From a virus, in the IMG/VR virus record IMGVR_UViG_3300007734_000761, positions 112,312-176,311 of that record: 64,000 nt of DNA, one strand, 5' to 3'. Shown here piece by piece: positions 39,924 to 51,207 of this stretch (the first letter of the stretch is position 1; every line of letters begins with the position of its first letter). Both the position numbers and the translations under genes were made by a program. Below the pieces are notes generated by a model. That model was not told where the DNA came from, ran no database searches, and saw only the letters and a list, made by a program, of their open reading frames with translations.

Positions 39924-42900
39924 TTATGGGATTAAAAGTTTTGATGATAGACTTGATATTATGTTTGGTAAATTATTTTTTAGTGTAGAGCTCATGTATT
40001 TAGGTAATATAAATGATGGTGCTAAACCTGGTTGAGATTTAACGGGGTTATTATTTAATATAATATAACCTGGGTCAGAAACCAAACGTCTTATAGCAAA
40101 ATAATCTAAATTTTGTCCTTGTGGAGTTCTATCTAAATATAAGAATAAAGGTGAAGCATAAGATATACTTGTAGCTCCGCTAAAATTATATGTAACACTC
40201 GCTGATACAAATGTATAACTATTTAATGTATCAGCGTTATATGGATCTCCTACATAACCTGCTTTAAGAATTAAAACATCAGCTGAGTTTGAGGCTGTTA
40301 TTCCAGCAAAAGTACTAGAATAAAGTGCTGCAGATTTACTAACATTAAAAACAGCAGAAGCAGAAAATGCAAATCCTGTTGGTGTTTTAGTAGTAAATGA
40401 TGAAGTTACTATATAAATGTTAGTTAATGTATTACCTCCAAGAGGAGCAGAAGAAGTGAAATTAAAAGTAACTCCATTAACACCAAAAGAACCTATACCA
40501 GTTGAAGTAGCACTAGCAGAAGCATATGTTAGGCTTCCACTTACTGATCCTGTTGTTATTAACTGGTTTATAGAATTTATTGATGAAGATAAAATTGTAT
40601 AAACTTGATTTTCATTTCCACCAAATCTTATTTGATCATAAGATTCTATAGTAAAAGGTAAAGGATTATTAAATCCACTTCCTGTTCCGTTTGTTACAAC
40701 AGGAATCTGAGCATAACCAGGTCCGTAGTAATAACTTAATGCTGTTGAAGCTGTTAAAACTGTTCCTTCAAAACTACTTGTAAAATAATAACTACTTGTT
40801 ACTACTGGTGCTGTATTTGATGCTCCTGCAGTTATTATAAAATAAGTATCTGTAGGAGATGTTCCATTTACTATATGTAAATTATTTCTTTTACCTGGAG
40901 TGTCATTACACTCGTATGTTACATAAAATTGGTCTCCTTGTAAATATGTAGTTGTTGTTTTTAATTGAACTAAAGCATATTGATTTCCACCTATATTTGT
41001 TGTATCTGATGATAATATAGTTCCATTTTTGTATAATTTAGTAGTTATTCCTGTTATTTGTCCTGCATTATCATTATAATAATATACAGATCCAGTAAGT
41101 TGTACTTGATTATTGAAATTTCCAGGAGCTGTATAAGTATATGGAGACCATCCTCCAGCATCATCTTTAATAATTGTAGTATATTTTATTCCTTCAAAAT
41201 TTACAGGAACATAATCTCCATTAGGAACGTTTTTAATATATGTTTCTATATTTGTTAAAAACCCATCAATACTAGCGAAAGACATTGTAGGACGGAATCC
41301 GGGTTGTAAATAAGAAGTATTCCATGATCCCGTATCTGAATATATTACGGTTTCAAGTCGTTTTAATGGTTGATAAACAGTTGTATCAAAATCTTGGTTA
41401 ATACTTCCACTACCATTATATATAGCAACAGCTACTGGTGAATTACTTCCAAAATTTTGGTCTGTATTATACCAATAAGAAGAACTTTGTTCTGGTTTGA
41501 ATATACTTCCTGTATTATCTATTAAATATTTTACGTGATATTCAGTACTACCGTATCTATTAGCTAAAGTATTTTGAGCAGTATCTACGAAAAGAATATA
41601 TTCTTGAGTTTGTTCAACGTTTGGAAGAGAATTATTTCCTAAAAATGTTGTATCATAAGTAATAATACTAGAAGTAGTAGAAAAAGTTTGGTTAAAATCT
41701 AAAGCCGTTGTTGAACTACCTATTTCTCTACTTTTAACATATCCAGCATCACTTAAATTAGTATCTTGCCATTCAATAGAAGATGAAAATTGAGTAAATA
41801 CTCTATTATCTACTTGTCTTATAAAACCATTAAAATCTACTTGAAAATTATTTGCTGGTGCTGAAGTAGCGCAAAATCCTAAAGTATCATATCCTAAAGA
41901 ATTTTCTATAGCTTCTACATAAATAAAGTTAGGACCATAATTTGGAAAAGGAGTTGAATTAATAACATCACATAATACTGGTGTTCCACTACAATTTACA
42001 TAATTAAAGTAAATAGGATTATTAGCTTGAGAGGGTGTTCCACCTTGAGTTCCTAAATTCCATACTTTATATCTAACACAATTACCTAAAGCATTTGTAT
42101 TAATAGATTGTGATGTTGGTAATTTTTTAAATTTAAATTGAGATTGAGTGTTTGGAACAACATTATTATCTAAAGCATCCCATCCTTCATATTGTTCTAC
42201 AAAAGCTTGTCCTTCATTAAATCTTCCTAAGTCTTGTAAATAAAAATTTGTACTACCTATTGTAGTTACTTTGTCTTTACATGCTGTTAATTGTACTACT
42301 CTTTGTGTAATTCCAGAGTCTACTTTAGTTTCTCCATTACAGTCAACCCAAACAATTTGTCCATCTGTAGTAACTTGATATTGATGACAATCACAAATAG
42401 CTCTAGTAAATGGGTTATTTTGGTCATAGGCACTCCAAATTTCAATAAAACTTCCACTTAATTCACCATCAAAAAACGCTTCATTTATAGCTGAATTTCT
42501 CGAACAGCAATAATCTCCTGAATTAGATCCTACAATAGCTACTGTTTCTGTTTGACCATCATAAGAAGCTGTGTTAATTGTAGGTTCATATCTTCTTGTT
42601 TTACTTCTTTCAAGAATATGGGGTTTAATTACAACACCAGAAGCATTATTTGCTCTACCAGGGATATAAGTTTCTAAATATCTAAATAAAGATTTATGAT
42701 AAGTTTCAATTAATTGAATAAAATCTTTATAATTGTAAGGACTAATATATTTTTCAAAGTAATCCTCTTGTAGTGTTTCTAAACCAGGATAATAATTTAA
42801 ATCACTGTATCTTGGGTCCCCTATTATTTGATCTAAATTATATGTAGTACCTAATTGAGCTATAATATCATTATTTATTTGATCTTGTGGACTAAAACCA

Positions 42901-45515
42901 ACTTGAGTTAAATGAATGTCATTAGTTCTACTACTTGTAGGATTATTATAAACTACTGATTTAAGAGGTTGTAATCTATTAGTTGCTAGTGTTTGACTTT
43001 CTATTCTTATTTTATCTGTATTTGGAACTGAATATCCACCTACTGCTGGTTGAGTATAATACTGTTCTGTAAAGTAAACATAATCACTTGGTTGCCAAGT
43101 TCCATTAAAATATAAAAAATAATTAGGAGTTAAATTTGGTTGACTTCCTGTTACAACACCAAAATTAGTATATAAATCATTTCCTAAAGGAAATCTAAAT
43201 ATTAAATTATCATAAGCATCATTTGTAGTATTACCTACGTAAGATTCGGGGTTAAGAGTATGAGAATTTAGGACAGATTCACTTAAAGATATTGCCCATC
43301 CTCTTAATTCTTGTAATTGAGAATAACAATTACCTAATGATAAACTTGAAGGAAGAGTAGTAGAAAACAATGGATTTACGTTTCCTAATTCAATTCTAGT
43401 AGTAATATCATCATAAACAGGAATAGAATATGATGTAGAAACATTATATCCTATTTCACCATTTAATTCGTTTTTTACATATAGTTTAGATCCAGTTCCT
43501 TCATTTTGCCAAACTACATTCCACCAATTATATTCTTTATTACTACCTGTTACAAATGCTGGTATAGAAACACTTTGAGTTTGATTTGTTGTATTAGTCC
43601 AAAGAACTACATTAGCATAATCATAACCATTTACACTAGTTGGTTGTAAATAAATTACCCAATTAGCTGTTGAAGGATTAAAATGATCTGATCCTATTAA
43701 TAAAGTTTGATTATTTGATGTATTTAAATCAGTTGGTTTAAATCTAAATTCTATATTTTGTATACCATAAGAACTTGTAGTTAAATTATCTACAAAACTA
43801 TATTTAAATGGTTGGAATTGTAGTGCTGAGGTAAATCTAGAATAATTATATTCTACTGTATTGCTTGTTTTATCTATACCACCAAATTCCATAGGGAATA
43901 AAATAGTATCGGGAATACCATAAAGTGTATTTAAATAATTAACAAATCTGTCTGTTCCTTTACTTTTTAATAGTGTAGGTAAGTTGGCATATATTCTTTT
44001 AAATATACTTTTTGCTTCATCTTGACCTGATAAAGTATATTGTGATGCTGTAATCCCTGTTTGCCAACTTTGTGTTACAAAAGTTTGTGTTCCTGATTGA
44101 TTAGATCCATATAGCCAATCGTATATATTATCTTGATCTCCATCTGTATATAATGCAATTCCTAAACTTTGTAATGCATCTCCTACTATATCTTTACTAA
44201 TACCCTGATTTAAACCATTTTCAGCTTTCCATAAATCAGTCATTGCTTTAATATAGATCCAAATGTCATCAAACATCTGTCCCATAGAATAAACAAAAGG
44301 AGCTACTTTATTAAAAGTAGGACTTTCTTGTAAATAAGTAGGTAATCCATATATTAAATTATTATTATTAAATTCATCATAATAACTAGCTGATGTGTAA
44401 TTTAAATTATACCATGCAATTCCTTGAGAACTTGTTACTGAATAATTTATATATGGTTTATTTCCTGGGTATTTAGGCCAAGATTTACTTCCAGATTCAA
44501 AATATAAAAAGTTTTCATAAGCATCAAAACCTTTAATAACACTGTCTAATTGTTGTTGATAAACAATAGCATCAGGACTAGTAGCAAAACTAACTATATT
44601 AGCATTATATGCTTCAATTTGGGTTAATTTATATTGAAATGTTTCAAGTTGTTGAGTTGCTGATCCAAAATGTATAAAATTTTCATAATCGTTGTAATCA
44701 ACATTTATAGTAGGATTACTACTACTAATAAAAGTAAGTAAGTTTTGAAACTCAGAACTAGTATAATTTAAAATTTGATCATAATTATAATAATTGCTTG
44801 AACCAATTCTAAAACTATCTACATCTAAACTAAAATTAGCTTCTCTAAGTGAAGGTAAATTATTTTGTGATGTGATTATATCACTAGTAAGAACGGCTTG
44901 ATATTCTTGAGTATTTACTATTTTTTCTACAACATTTAACGGAGAATTAACAACAAATGTTTCTGGAAGTGGGTTTTGTAATTTAATTATTACAGTAACA
45001 TTTTCATTAATATCTTTTTCTGCTGCCATAGATAAGGCAGGATATATTATATTATTACCAAAATCTAAATAATATTCAATAAAATAATTTCTATTTTGAA
45101 TAAGATCAATATATGCTATAGCGTTACTAAAGAAAATATTTTGATCTGTAGTAGTAGCAATTTTAATCTCTTTTCTATCACTAGATATGGATTTAATAAA
45201 TAAATCTAAATTTGGATTTTGGGTAAGTAATGGTCTAAGAAAATTATAAACCATTCTATATGTACCTAATCTGAAGCCTAATCGCTCAATATCTTCAGCT
45301 GGATCGAAATTTATTTCTTTGTTTTCAGTTACACTATAAAAATCAAAAGTAGGATCATTTCCTACTAAAGTATTTATATTATTGTAAATAAACAATTGTA
45401 CAAAATCTTCAGAAAGACCAAAAAATCTAGTCATCTCCTTAGAAGCTACAAGATTTTGCTCTTGCGGAGTTAAAATACTAGGGTTGTCATATAAAGGGTT
45501 TATAACAATTGACAT
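39924..45515 (-). CDS. Large baseplate wedge-type structural protein (gp7-like), 1863 aa
   Basis: NLPTLLKSKGT....YGIP motif, LamG-like central segment, position next to gp6. Confidence 0.55.
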   Translation of the reverse strand: MSIVINPLYDNPSILTPQEQNLVASKEMTRFFGLSEDFVQLFIYNNINTLVGNDPTFDFYSVTENKEINFDPAEDIERLGFRLGTYRMVYNFLRPLLTQNPNLDLFIKSISSDRKEIKIATTTDQNIFFSNAIAYIDLIQNRNYFIEYYLDFGNNIIYPALSMAAEKDINENVTVIIKLQNPLPETFVVNSPLNVVEKIVNTQEYQAVLTSDIITSQNNLPSLREANFSLDVDSFRIGSSNYYNYDQILNYTSSEFQNLLTFISSSNPTINVDYNDYENFIHFGSATQQLETFQYKLTQIEAYNANIVSFATSPDAIVYQQQLDSVIKGFDAYENFLYFESGSKSWPKYPGNKPYINYSVTSSQGIAWYNLNYTSASYYDEFNNNNLIYGLPTYLQESPTFNKVAPFVYSMGQMFDDIWIYIKAMTDLWKAENGLNQGISKDIVGDALQSLGIALYTDGDQDNIYDWLYGSNQSGTQTFVTQSWQTGITASQYTLSGQDEAKSIFKRIYANLPTLLKSKGTDRFVNYLNTLYGIPDTILFPMEFGGIDKTSNTVEYNYSRFTSALQFQPFKYSFVDNLTTSSYGIQNIEFRFKPTDLNTSNNQTLLIGSDHFNPSTANWVIYLQPTSVNGYDYANVVLWTNTTNQTQSVSIPAFVTGSNKEYNWWNVVWQNEGTGSKLYVKNELNGEIGYNVSTSYSIPVYDDITTRIELGNVNPLFSTTLPSSLSLGNCYSQLQELRGWAISLSESVLNSHTLNPESYVGNTTNDAYDNLIFRFPLGNDLYTNFGVVTGSQPNLTPNYFLYFNGTWQPSDYVYFTEQYYTQPAVGGYSVPNTDKIRIESQTLATNRLQPLKSVVYNNPTSSRTNDIHLTQVGFSPQDQINNDIIAQLGTTYNLDQIIGDPRYSDLNYYPGLETLQEDYFEKYISPYNYKDFIQLIETYHKSLFRYLETYIPGRANNASGVVIKPHILERSKTRRYEPTINTASYDGQTETVAIVGSNSGDYCCSRNSAINEAFFDGELSGSFIEIWSAYDQNNPFTRAICDCHQYQVTTDGQIVWVDCNGETKVDSGITQRVVQLTACKDKVTTIGSTNFYLQDLGRFNEGQAFVEQYEGWDALDNNVVPNTQSQFKFKKLPTSQSINTNALGNCVRYKVWNLGTQGGTPSQANNPIYFNYVNCSGTPVLCDVINSTPFPNYGPNFIYVEAIENSLGYDTLGFCATSAPANNFQVDFNGFIRQVDNRVFTQFSSSIEWQDTNLSDAGYVKSREIGSSTTALDFNQTFSTTSSIITYDTTFLGNNSLPNVEQTQEYILFVDTAQNTLANRYGSTEYHVKYLIDNTGSIFKPEQSSSYWYNTDQNFGSNSPVAVAIYNGSGSINQDFDTTVYQPLKRLETVIYSDTGSWNTSYLQPGFRPTMSFASIDGFLTNIETYIKNVPNGDYVPVNFEGIKYTTIIKDDAGGWSPYTYTAPGNFNNQVQLTGSVYYYNDNAGQITGITTKLYKNGTILSSDTTNIGGNQYALVQLKTTTTYLQGDQFYVTYECNDTPGKRNNLHIVNGTSPTDTYFIITAGASNTAPVVTSSYYFTSSFEGTVLTASTALSYYYGPGYAQIPVVTNGTGSGFNNPLPFTIESYDQIRFGGNENQVYTILSSSINSINQLITTGSVSGSLTYASASATSTGIGSFGVNGVTFNFTSSAPLGGNTLTNIYIVTSSFTTKTPTGFAFSASAVFNVSKSAALYSSTFAGITASNSADVLILKAGYVGDPYNADTLNSYTFVSASVTYNFSGATSISYASPLFLYLDRTPQGQNLDYFAIRRLVSDPGYIILNNNPVKSQPGLAPSFILPKYMSSTLKNNLPNIISSLSSKLLIP

Positions 45516-45844
45516 TATATATTTGTATTAAATTCGTTTATTTGTTCTTGTAATAGTTTATTTTGTTCTTGTAAAAAATTTAACTGTTCTAATAGTAAAT
45601 TTAGATCTAAACCTAAATATTCACTACTTCTCTCTACAAGAGTAGTATGAGAATTACTACCAGTTAAAGGAATTTCATAAAATAAAATATCATAATTTTC
45701 AAAAAATCCATCTACGGTAGGTATAGCTTCAACAGTTTGTTCAATAGGAGAAGGAGTAACAAAATTACTAAATTGTGTATCAGTAACTATATTAATATCT
45801 TTACTATAGACTAATTTTTGAGTTGGAATTGTTATTTTACTCAT
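45515..45844 (-). CDS. Hypothetical baseplate-cluster protein
   Basis: Translationally coupled ORF with C-terminal coiled coil. Confidence 0.5.
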   Translation of the reverse strand: MSKITIPTQKLVYSKDINIVTDTQFSNFVTPSPIEQTVEAIPTVDGFFENYDILFYEIPLTGSNSHTTLVERSSEYLGLDLNLLLEQLNFLQEQNKLLQEQINEFNTNI

Positions 45845-46983
45845 GGGAATATAGTTTGAGAAACTTTAAACTTCATATCACTATCATCTTTTATATAAGT
45901 ACTTCCATCAATATTTACTTTAATTTGTATTGTGTAAAATCTTTCTGGTTCTAGTGTACTCATATCTACGTTAAAATATGAACCAGTTCCATTAGCACTT
46001 ATTAATGTACCTGGGTCATTGAAAGGTATTATAGTTTCGTTAGTATCTACGTCAATAATTTGATAAAAACTTTGTGAAGGTAAAGTCTTATTAAATTCAT
46101 ATAGTGAAGAAGTTACAAACTGTCTTTGAGGATATTTGTCTCTTGATGCTACTGTAAATCTAACGTTACTTTCAGCATAATAAATTCCATCATTATTTCC
46201 AATAGATACGTCAAAAACTTGATTTGTTTGAAGTTTAGTTATATCAGGATTAAAGACTTGATTTTTCCAATAAAAGAATAAAGAAGGAGGATAAATAGTA
46301 TTTGTATCTCTACTAAAATAATCTAAAATATATTGATAATTCGGATTATTTTCTACAGATTCACTAACTCTTAAAATAAAACCATTATTAGGTATTAAAG
46401 AAGATGACCATTGATTTATAATAGAAGTTACATTTATATATAAATCTTGTGGAGTATATTGCGATATTGTTGTAGTTGCATAACTACTAGTATACCAAGC
46501 TCCTCCTCCTACTGATCCTGATAGATATGATCCTGTTATAGGTACTCCTGTTACATATCCACTTAAAGCATAATCATTTACATAATAAAGTGAAGAAGTA
46601 TTATTTATTATCCAAAAACTACCAGTTTTAGGTCCTAACCAACTAGCTCCATTTACTGTAGTAGGTGAATTTGCTAATCGACCTGTTCCTTGATCCCATT
46701 CTTGAGAAACTGGATTAACTACTATTGGAACTACTGTAGGTAAACTTTCTACTTGTGAGGCATATATTCTTAAATAAGCTTCCCAACTACCTGATGATGT
46801 TGATGTTTCACTAATCTTACTTAAAGTATTCATTATTTCAGTTTGATCAAACTGAATAAGTATTCTAGAAGCATTATATGGGTCAGGTTTAGTAAATTCT
46901 AATATAGGATCTAAACCAGTATTAGTTTCTGGGTATAGTGAATATAATGTTGCGTCTTTAGAAGGAAATAATTGAGAAAACAT
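45841..46983 (-). CDS. Structural protein with DNRLRE/CBM96-like domain
   Basis: KDATLY....NTG....RILIQFD, AYLRIY, WDQG, INVTSII.QW, NNGFIL. Confidence 0.55.
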   Translation of the reverse strand: MFSQLFPSKDATLYSLYPETNTGLDPILEFTKPDPYNASRILIQFDQTEIMNTLSKISETSTSSGSWEAYLRIYASQVESLPTVVPIVVNPVSQEWDQGTGRLANSPTTVNGASWLGPKTGSFWIINNTSSLYYVNDYALSGYVTGVPITGSYLSGSVGGGAWYTSSYATTTISQYTPQDLYINVTSIINQWSSSLIPNNGFILRVSESVENNPNYQYILDYFSRDTNTIYPPSLFFYWKNQVFNPDITKLQTNQVFDVSIGNNDGIYYAESNVRFTVASRDKYPQRQFVTSSLYEFNKTLPSQSFYQIIDVDTNETIIPFNDPGTLISANGTGSYFNVDMSTLEPERFYTIQIKVNIDGSTYIKDDSDMKFKVSQTIFP

Positions 46984-46995
46984 ATATTATAAATA

Positions 46996-48864
46996 TTAAG
47001 CCCCAACAACTCGTCCTAAAATATCACTATCGGGGTATCTAATTTCAAAAATCATAGGATCTAAACTAGGGTAAATAATACCTCCTAAAGTAGCTCCTTG
47101 TAAATCATATGTATAAGGACTATAAATTCCACCAGCTTTATTAGTAAATTCTATATTTTTTACAGCAGCTACACCATTTACATTAGCGCAACTAATACAG
47201 TTTTCTACCTGACTTAGTATAATAGGTTGATTTATAGACCATTTATTTGTATCAAAAAATACTTTTAAAGCTTCAATACAACCAATTAAAACTTGTTGTG
47301 CATTAAAACCTTGTAATACTTGTATTTCAAAATTAATTCCTACATTAACATAAAAAGCATCTTTAATTGTAACAGCATCTGTTAACATTTTATATTGACT
47401 CAAATATGTTTTTAAATTTTGTTTTACTGCCAAATTAGCTGTGGTTAATTTACCATCTGTATTTGTACTTAAAACATAAGCACTTAAAGCTAATGGATTC
47501 ATATTAACTAAGCTTTGAGTGTTATCTCTATCAGCATTTAAATTTAAATCTTGAACAACATATGCTTTACTTATGTAACCAAATTCACTAGGCATACTAA
47601 GAATTCTTACTAAATAATCGCTTTTAGTAACATTTCTTAATTGAGTAGGAAAATTAGCTAAAGCATTTAATCTTATTTCTTCAACTGAGTCTCCAGGTCC
47701 TCCTCCCGTTGCTCCAACATTATTATTAAATTTAACAGATTGTAATACTGTTTGAACAACACTATCACTTAATCCATAAGTATCTATTTGAGGATTAACT
47801 ACTTTATTTTGACTAATATCATTAGCAGGAACATTGCTTTGAGCTCCACCACCAACAAGATACGTAAAAGTAATAGTTGTATTTGTAGGTGATTGACCAT
47901 ACTCGTTTGTAAAGAAGAAATTAGATGGATCAAAAGCTGTGTTAAAAGCACTAATTCCATCTTGTATTCCTAAACCAACATTATCAGGATTAGGAATGAT
48001 TAATTCACTATCTTTTCCAGTTGTACCTGCTCCAAAACTTATTTGTAAATTAGATTCGTCTAAAAATTGAGCTGTAAATCTTTTATTTACCTTTTTTAAT
48101 CTCAACATAAATGGAGCTTGATCGTTGTATTGAGAGTAATTAGGTTCAAAAACACTAATATTATAAGTTTTATCTATAATAGTATCTTGAGCTAAGTAAG
48201 GTACTTCATACCATGTATTTCCATCACTATCTACAGCTTCAATAATCTGAATTATGTTGCTATCACTTAATACAATTTGTTGGAATTGTTGGGCATTACT
48301 AAAAGTAAAATTTTGTGTTTTAACTTGTCCGCTAACAGCTTCAACCTGTTTTTTTAAAATGTAAAACATTGGGTTACTAGTGCTTGAATAATAGCTATAA
48401 ACACTAATTTCTGTAGGATCAAAACTACTACTATAACTAAAATCTACTAAATTTTGAGTTAAGAATGTAATGTCGGGTTGAGATGTGCTCGATATTTGCG
48501 AATTTTCGGGTATTTGTACCGTATATCTCCAGTCAGGCACGTACCCCGATGAAGCATCAGAAGGTATTAGTTGATATACGTCAAGAACTGCCGTAGATGG
48601 TTTTGTTACTTTAGGTGAATACCCCAAACTATAAGCAATAGGAAGTATATTTTTAAATTCTTTTGCTTCTAATAATAAAGTTTCTTGTACTTGAGTATCG
48701 GTATAAAAACTTAAAATATCACCCACATATGCTGACAAATCTGTAAACATATTTCCTGGTGAACTCGGTCCAAAATCTGTGTAATTTTGGTAATTATTCT
48801 TTATATAGTTAACTAAAGCTTGCTTTAGTTGATTAAAATCTTTATTTAAATATTGTATGGCCAT
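46996..48864 (-). CDS. Baseplate wedge subunit (T4 gp6-like)
   Basis: DFNQLK..L, YTDF, LSFYTD, AYSLGY.P, GGGPGDSVEEIR, TQLRNVTKSDY. Confidence 0.9.
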   Translation of the reverse strand: MAIQYLNKDFNQLKQALVNYIKNNYQNYTDFGPSSPGNMFTDLSAYVGDILSFYTDTQVQETLLLEAKEFKNILPIAYSLGYSPKVTKPSTAVLDVYQLIPSDASSGYVPDWRYTVQIPENSQISSTSQPDITFLTQNLVDFSYSSSFDPTEISVYSYYSSTSNPMFYILKKQVEAVSGQVKTQNFTFSNAQQFQQIVLSDSNIIQIIEAVDSDGNTWYEVPYLAQDTIIDKTYNISVFEPNYSQYNDQAPFMLRLKKVNKRFTAQFLDESNLQISFGAGTTGKDSELIIPNPDNVGLGIQDGISAFNTAFDPSNFFFTNEYGQSPTNTTITFTYLVGGGAQSNVPANDISQNKVVNPQIDTYGLSDSVVQTVLQSVKFNNNVGATGGGPGDSVEEIRLNALANFPTQLRNVTKSDYLVRILSMPSEFGYISKAYVVQDLNLNADRDNTQSLVNMNPLALSAYVLSTNTDGKLTTANLAVKQNLKTYLSQYKMLTDAVTIKDAFYVNVGINFEIQVLQGFNAQQVLIGCIEALKVFFDTNKWSINQPIILSQVENCISCANVNGVAAVKNIEFTNKAGGIYSPYTYDLQGATLGGIIYPSLDPMIFEIRYPDSDILGRVVGA

Positions 48865-49292
48865 TATATAAGTTCTCCAGATAATTCATTATTTACTTGT
48901 ATACTAAGTTCATCAGACATATTATTAATAGAATAAAATATATTAATACTTATTGTGTTGCTGTTACTAGGAGTAATAGTTAATTCTTTTATTATTATAT
49001 TTTGAACATAACGCTCAATTAAATCTTTTAAACTTTCTTCTAAACTAGTAAAATCGGTATTTTGTTCAAAAAGTAAATTTCGTATCCCTGCTCCAAAAGC
49101 AGGATCAAAAAATCTTTCTCCAGGATTTGTAAGAATAAAATTTATTAATTGATTTTTGGTTTGTTGTTTTGTAGTATATGTACTTGTAAAAACTCCAGGT
49201 GTTATGAATTCCAAACTTATTCCTATTTCTCGTTGACGAGAATATGATGATGTAAGTTCATTATAGGAATATATAGGTCTATTTGGAATCAT
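48864..49292 (-). CDS. Baseplate/sheath initiator (gp25-like)
   Basis: ILTNPGERFFDPAFGAGIRNLLFE. Confidence 0.9.
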   Translation of the reverse strand: MIPNRPIYSYNELTSSYSRQREIGISLEFITPGVFTSTYTTKQQTKNQLINFILTNPGERFFDPAFGAGIRNLLFEQNTDFTSLEESLKDLIERYVQNIIIKELTITPSNSNTISINIFYSINNMSDELSIQVNNELSGELI

Positions 49293-49726
49293 TATAATAA
49301 TCCTTTATTTTTCATTGTAGTCATCATAGCACTAAAATCAGGTACACTATTTACTTGTACTTGTCTAATATCTTGTGCTCCGTTATTATTTTGTTGAATA
49401 AAACCTTCAATTCCTTTAGTTACAGGAGTTGCTCCTTCTCCATATTCATTCATTAACTGTTGTTGAAAACCAAAATTTTGAGCTTGATGAGAATCAAAAG
49501 TACCTCCTCCTAACGTTCTCCATTCACCTTCATAAGCTGTTTCATTTAGAAGATCTTGAATTGAATTTCCTGTTGATTTTGGTTTAGGAGCTCTTTTAAT
49601 GTTTTCTATTGTTGGATTGTAATTTTCTTTAATAGAGGATGTACCTAATTCTTCTTTAAGAGCCGCTCTAACTTCTTTACGAACTACTTCTTGTATTAAC
49701 TTTAATAATTTTTCTGTACTGTTCAT
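49292..49726 (-). CDS. Hypothetical protein
   Basis: ORF; helical N-terminus LIQEVVRKEV; ATATTTAT upstream. Confidence 0.55.
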   Translation of the reverse strand: MNSTEKLLKLIQEVVRKEVRAALKEELGTSSIKENYNPTIENIKRAPKPKSTGNSIQDLLNETAYEGEWRTLGGGTFDSHQAQNFGFQQQLMNEYGEGATPVTKGIEGFIQQNNNGAQDIRQVQVNSVPDFSAMMTTMKNKGLL

Positions 49727-49759
49727 ATTGGTATAAATATTAAATTGTAAAATTTTATG

Positions 49760-50827
49760 TTATGTTGTTGTGCTTCCTGTTATATTACTAATTCTTGTTA
49801 CTACAGATCCAGTTAGTTGGTTATAAGATCCAGTTAGTTGATTATTTACTTGAGTTAAAGCTTTATTAAATATTTGAGACTGGAAGTCATTTATAGTTTG
49901 TTGAATATTTAAAAGTTGATTTTTAGTTTTTTCGTATTTGTCACCATAAAATACTATTTGTTTTTTTATATTTTCAAATTCTTTATAAGCTTCAGCTAAG
50001 TCTTCTAAACTATTTAATTCATTAGCAGTATATTGAGTTGCTCTTTGAGCATATTCTGTTGCTAAAGCAATATTAGGAACAGGTACTTGAGAAGCAGCAT
50101 TAGTAGCTATTATTAAATCTTGAGCTTTTCTTCTTTTAATTTGTATTTGTAATATTTCTAATTTTACAGCTAATATTTTATCGTAAAGAGGAATTAATTT
50201 ATTTAAACTTAAATTTTTTCTTAATTGATCAACGGTTCTAATTTCATCTGTATTATAAACACGTCGAGCATATTTGTCTACTGCTAACACATAAGTATCT
50301 ATTGTTTTTTGTATATTTTGAATAGCCTGAGTTGTTTGTTGGCTTTGAATTGGTTGAGCTACTATCTGGCCATTTTCTGTACTTACAAAATTTACATTAC
50401 TTTGGGTTAATATTTTATCTACATTTTTTTCTAAAATACTTAATAGTCTACCTGATCTAACATAGTTTTGAGCAATATTATCTATTAATTTTTTAGTAGT
50501 TTGTTTGATTCTTCTTGTAATAGGTTTACTATCTGTTACTTTTCCTGTAGTGGATTCTTCTTGTTCTTGCTGTTGAGATTTAAAAATAAATTCACGAGCA
50601 AATTTTGATATATTAAAAGGTTGATTACCCCCATCAATACTAGCATCATTTATAAAACTTGTTATTTCATTAGATTTACTACTTAGTTGACTAATACTCT
50701 GAATAGTTTTTTGTAAACTACTAGAACCCGTAATTGGACTAATTCCAGGAACTACGGTCGTAGTACTTTGGATAATAGTTTTATTACCTACTTGAAAACT
50801 TTTTATTTGTTCTATATCTAAAGCCAT
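49760..50827 (-). CDS. Hypothetical Gln/Ile/Thr-rich coiled-coil protein in the baseplate cluster
   Basis: ORF coupled to the upstream spike-like genes. Confidence 0.5.
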   Translation of the reverse strand: MALDIEQIKSFQVGNKTIIQSTTTVVPGISPITGSSSLQKTIQSISQLSSKSNEITSFINDASIDGGNQPFNISKFAREFIFKSQQQEQEESTTGKVTDSKPITRRIKQTTKKLIDNIAQNYVRSGRLLSILEKNVDKILTQSNVNFVSTENGQIVAQPIQSQQTTQAIQNIQKTIDTYVLAVDKYARRVYNTDEIRTVDQLRKNLSLNKLIPLYDKILAVKLEILQIQIKRRKAQDLIIATNAASQVPVPNIALATEYAQRATQYTANELNSLEDLAEAYKEFENIKKQIVFYGDKYEKTKNQLLNIQQTINDFQSQIFNKALTQVNNQLTGSYNQLTGSVVTRISNITGSTTT

Positions 50828-51207
50828 TAGTAAGTTTTCGTTATTTTTGATTTAATATTAATTAATTTAGTTTTTAATAATGTAATATCTCCTACTAATG
50901 CTGCTTCTGCTCCATCAGGAGTTGTTACTATTTGGTTCATTATATCTAACATTTCAGATAAAATTTTTATTAGTTCATCTGATTTTGGGACTGCTTCTAA
51001 TTTTACAGCATTATTTGATTTTAATCCTAAAATTATATTTTGAGAATTTATAATATAAGAATTTTTTTTATTTTTAGGGTCTCCAGTTTGATATATTATA
51101 GAACCACCAGAATAAGTATTTATATTCTTATTAGACTTTATATCAATATTATCTATAGATGATGATATAAAAACATATTCAGATGATATATTTAATTGCT
51201 GTTTCAT
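50827..51207 (-). CDS. Possible gp5-like spike beta-helix C-terminal part
   Basis: Short beta repeats (INSQNIILG...AVPKSDEL), ends IKSKITKT. Confidence 0.4.
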   Translation of the reverse strand: MKQQLNISSEYVFISSSIDNIDIKSNKNINTYSGGSIIYQTGDPKNKKNSYIINSQNIILGLKSNNAVKLEAVPKSDELIKILSEMLDIMNQIVTTPDGAEAALVGDITLLKTKLINIKSKITKTY

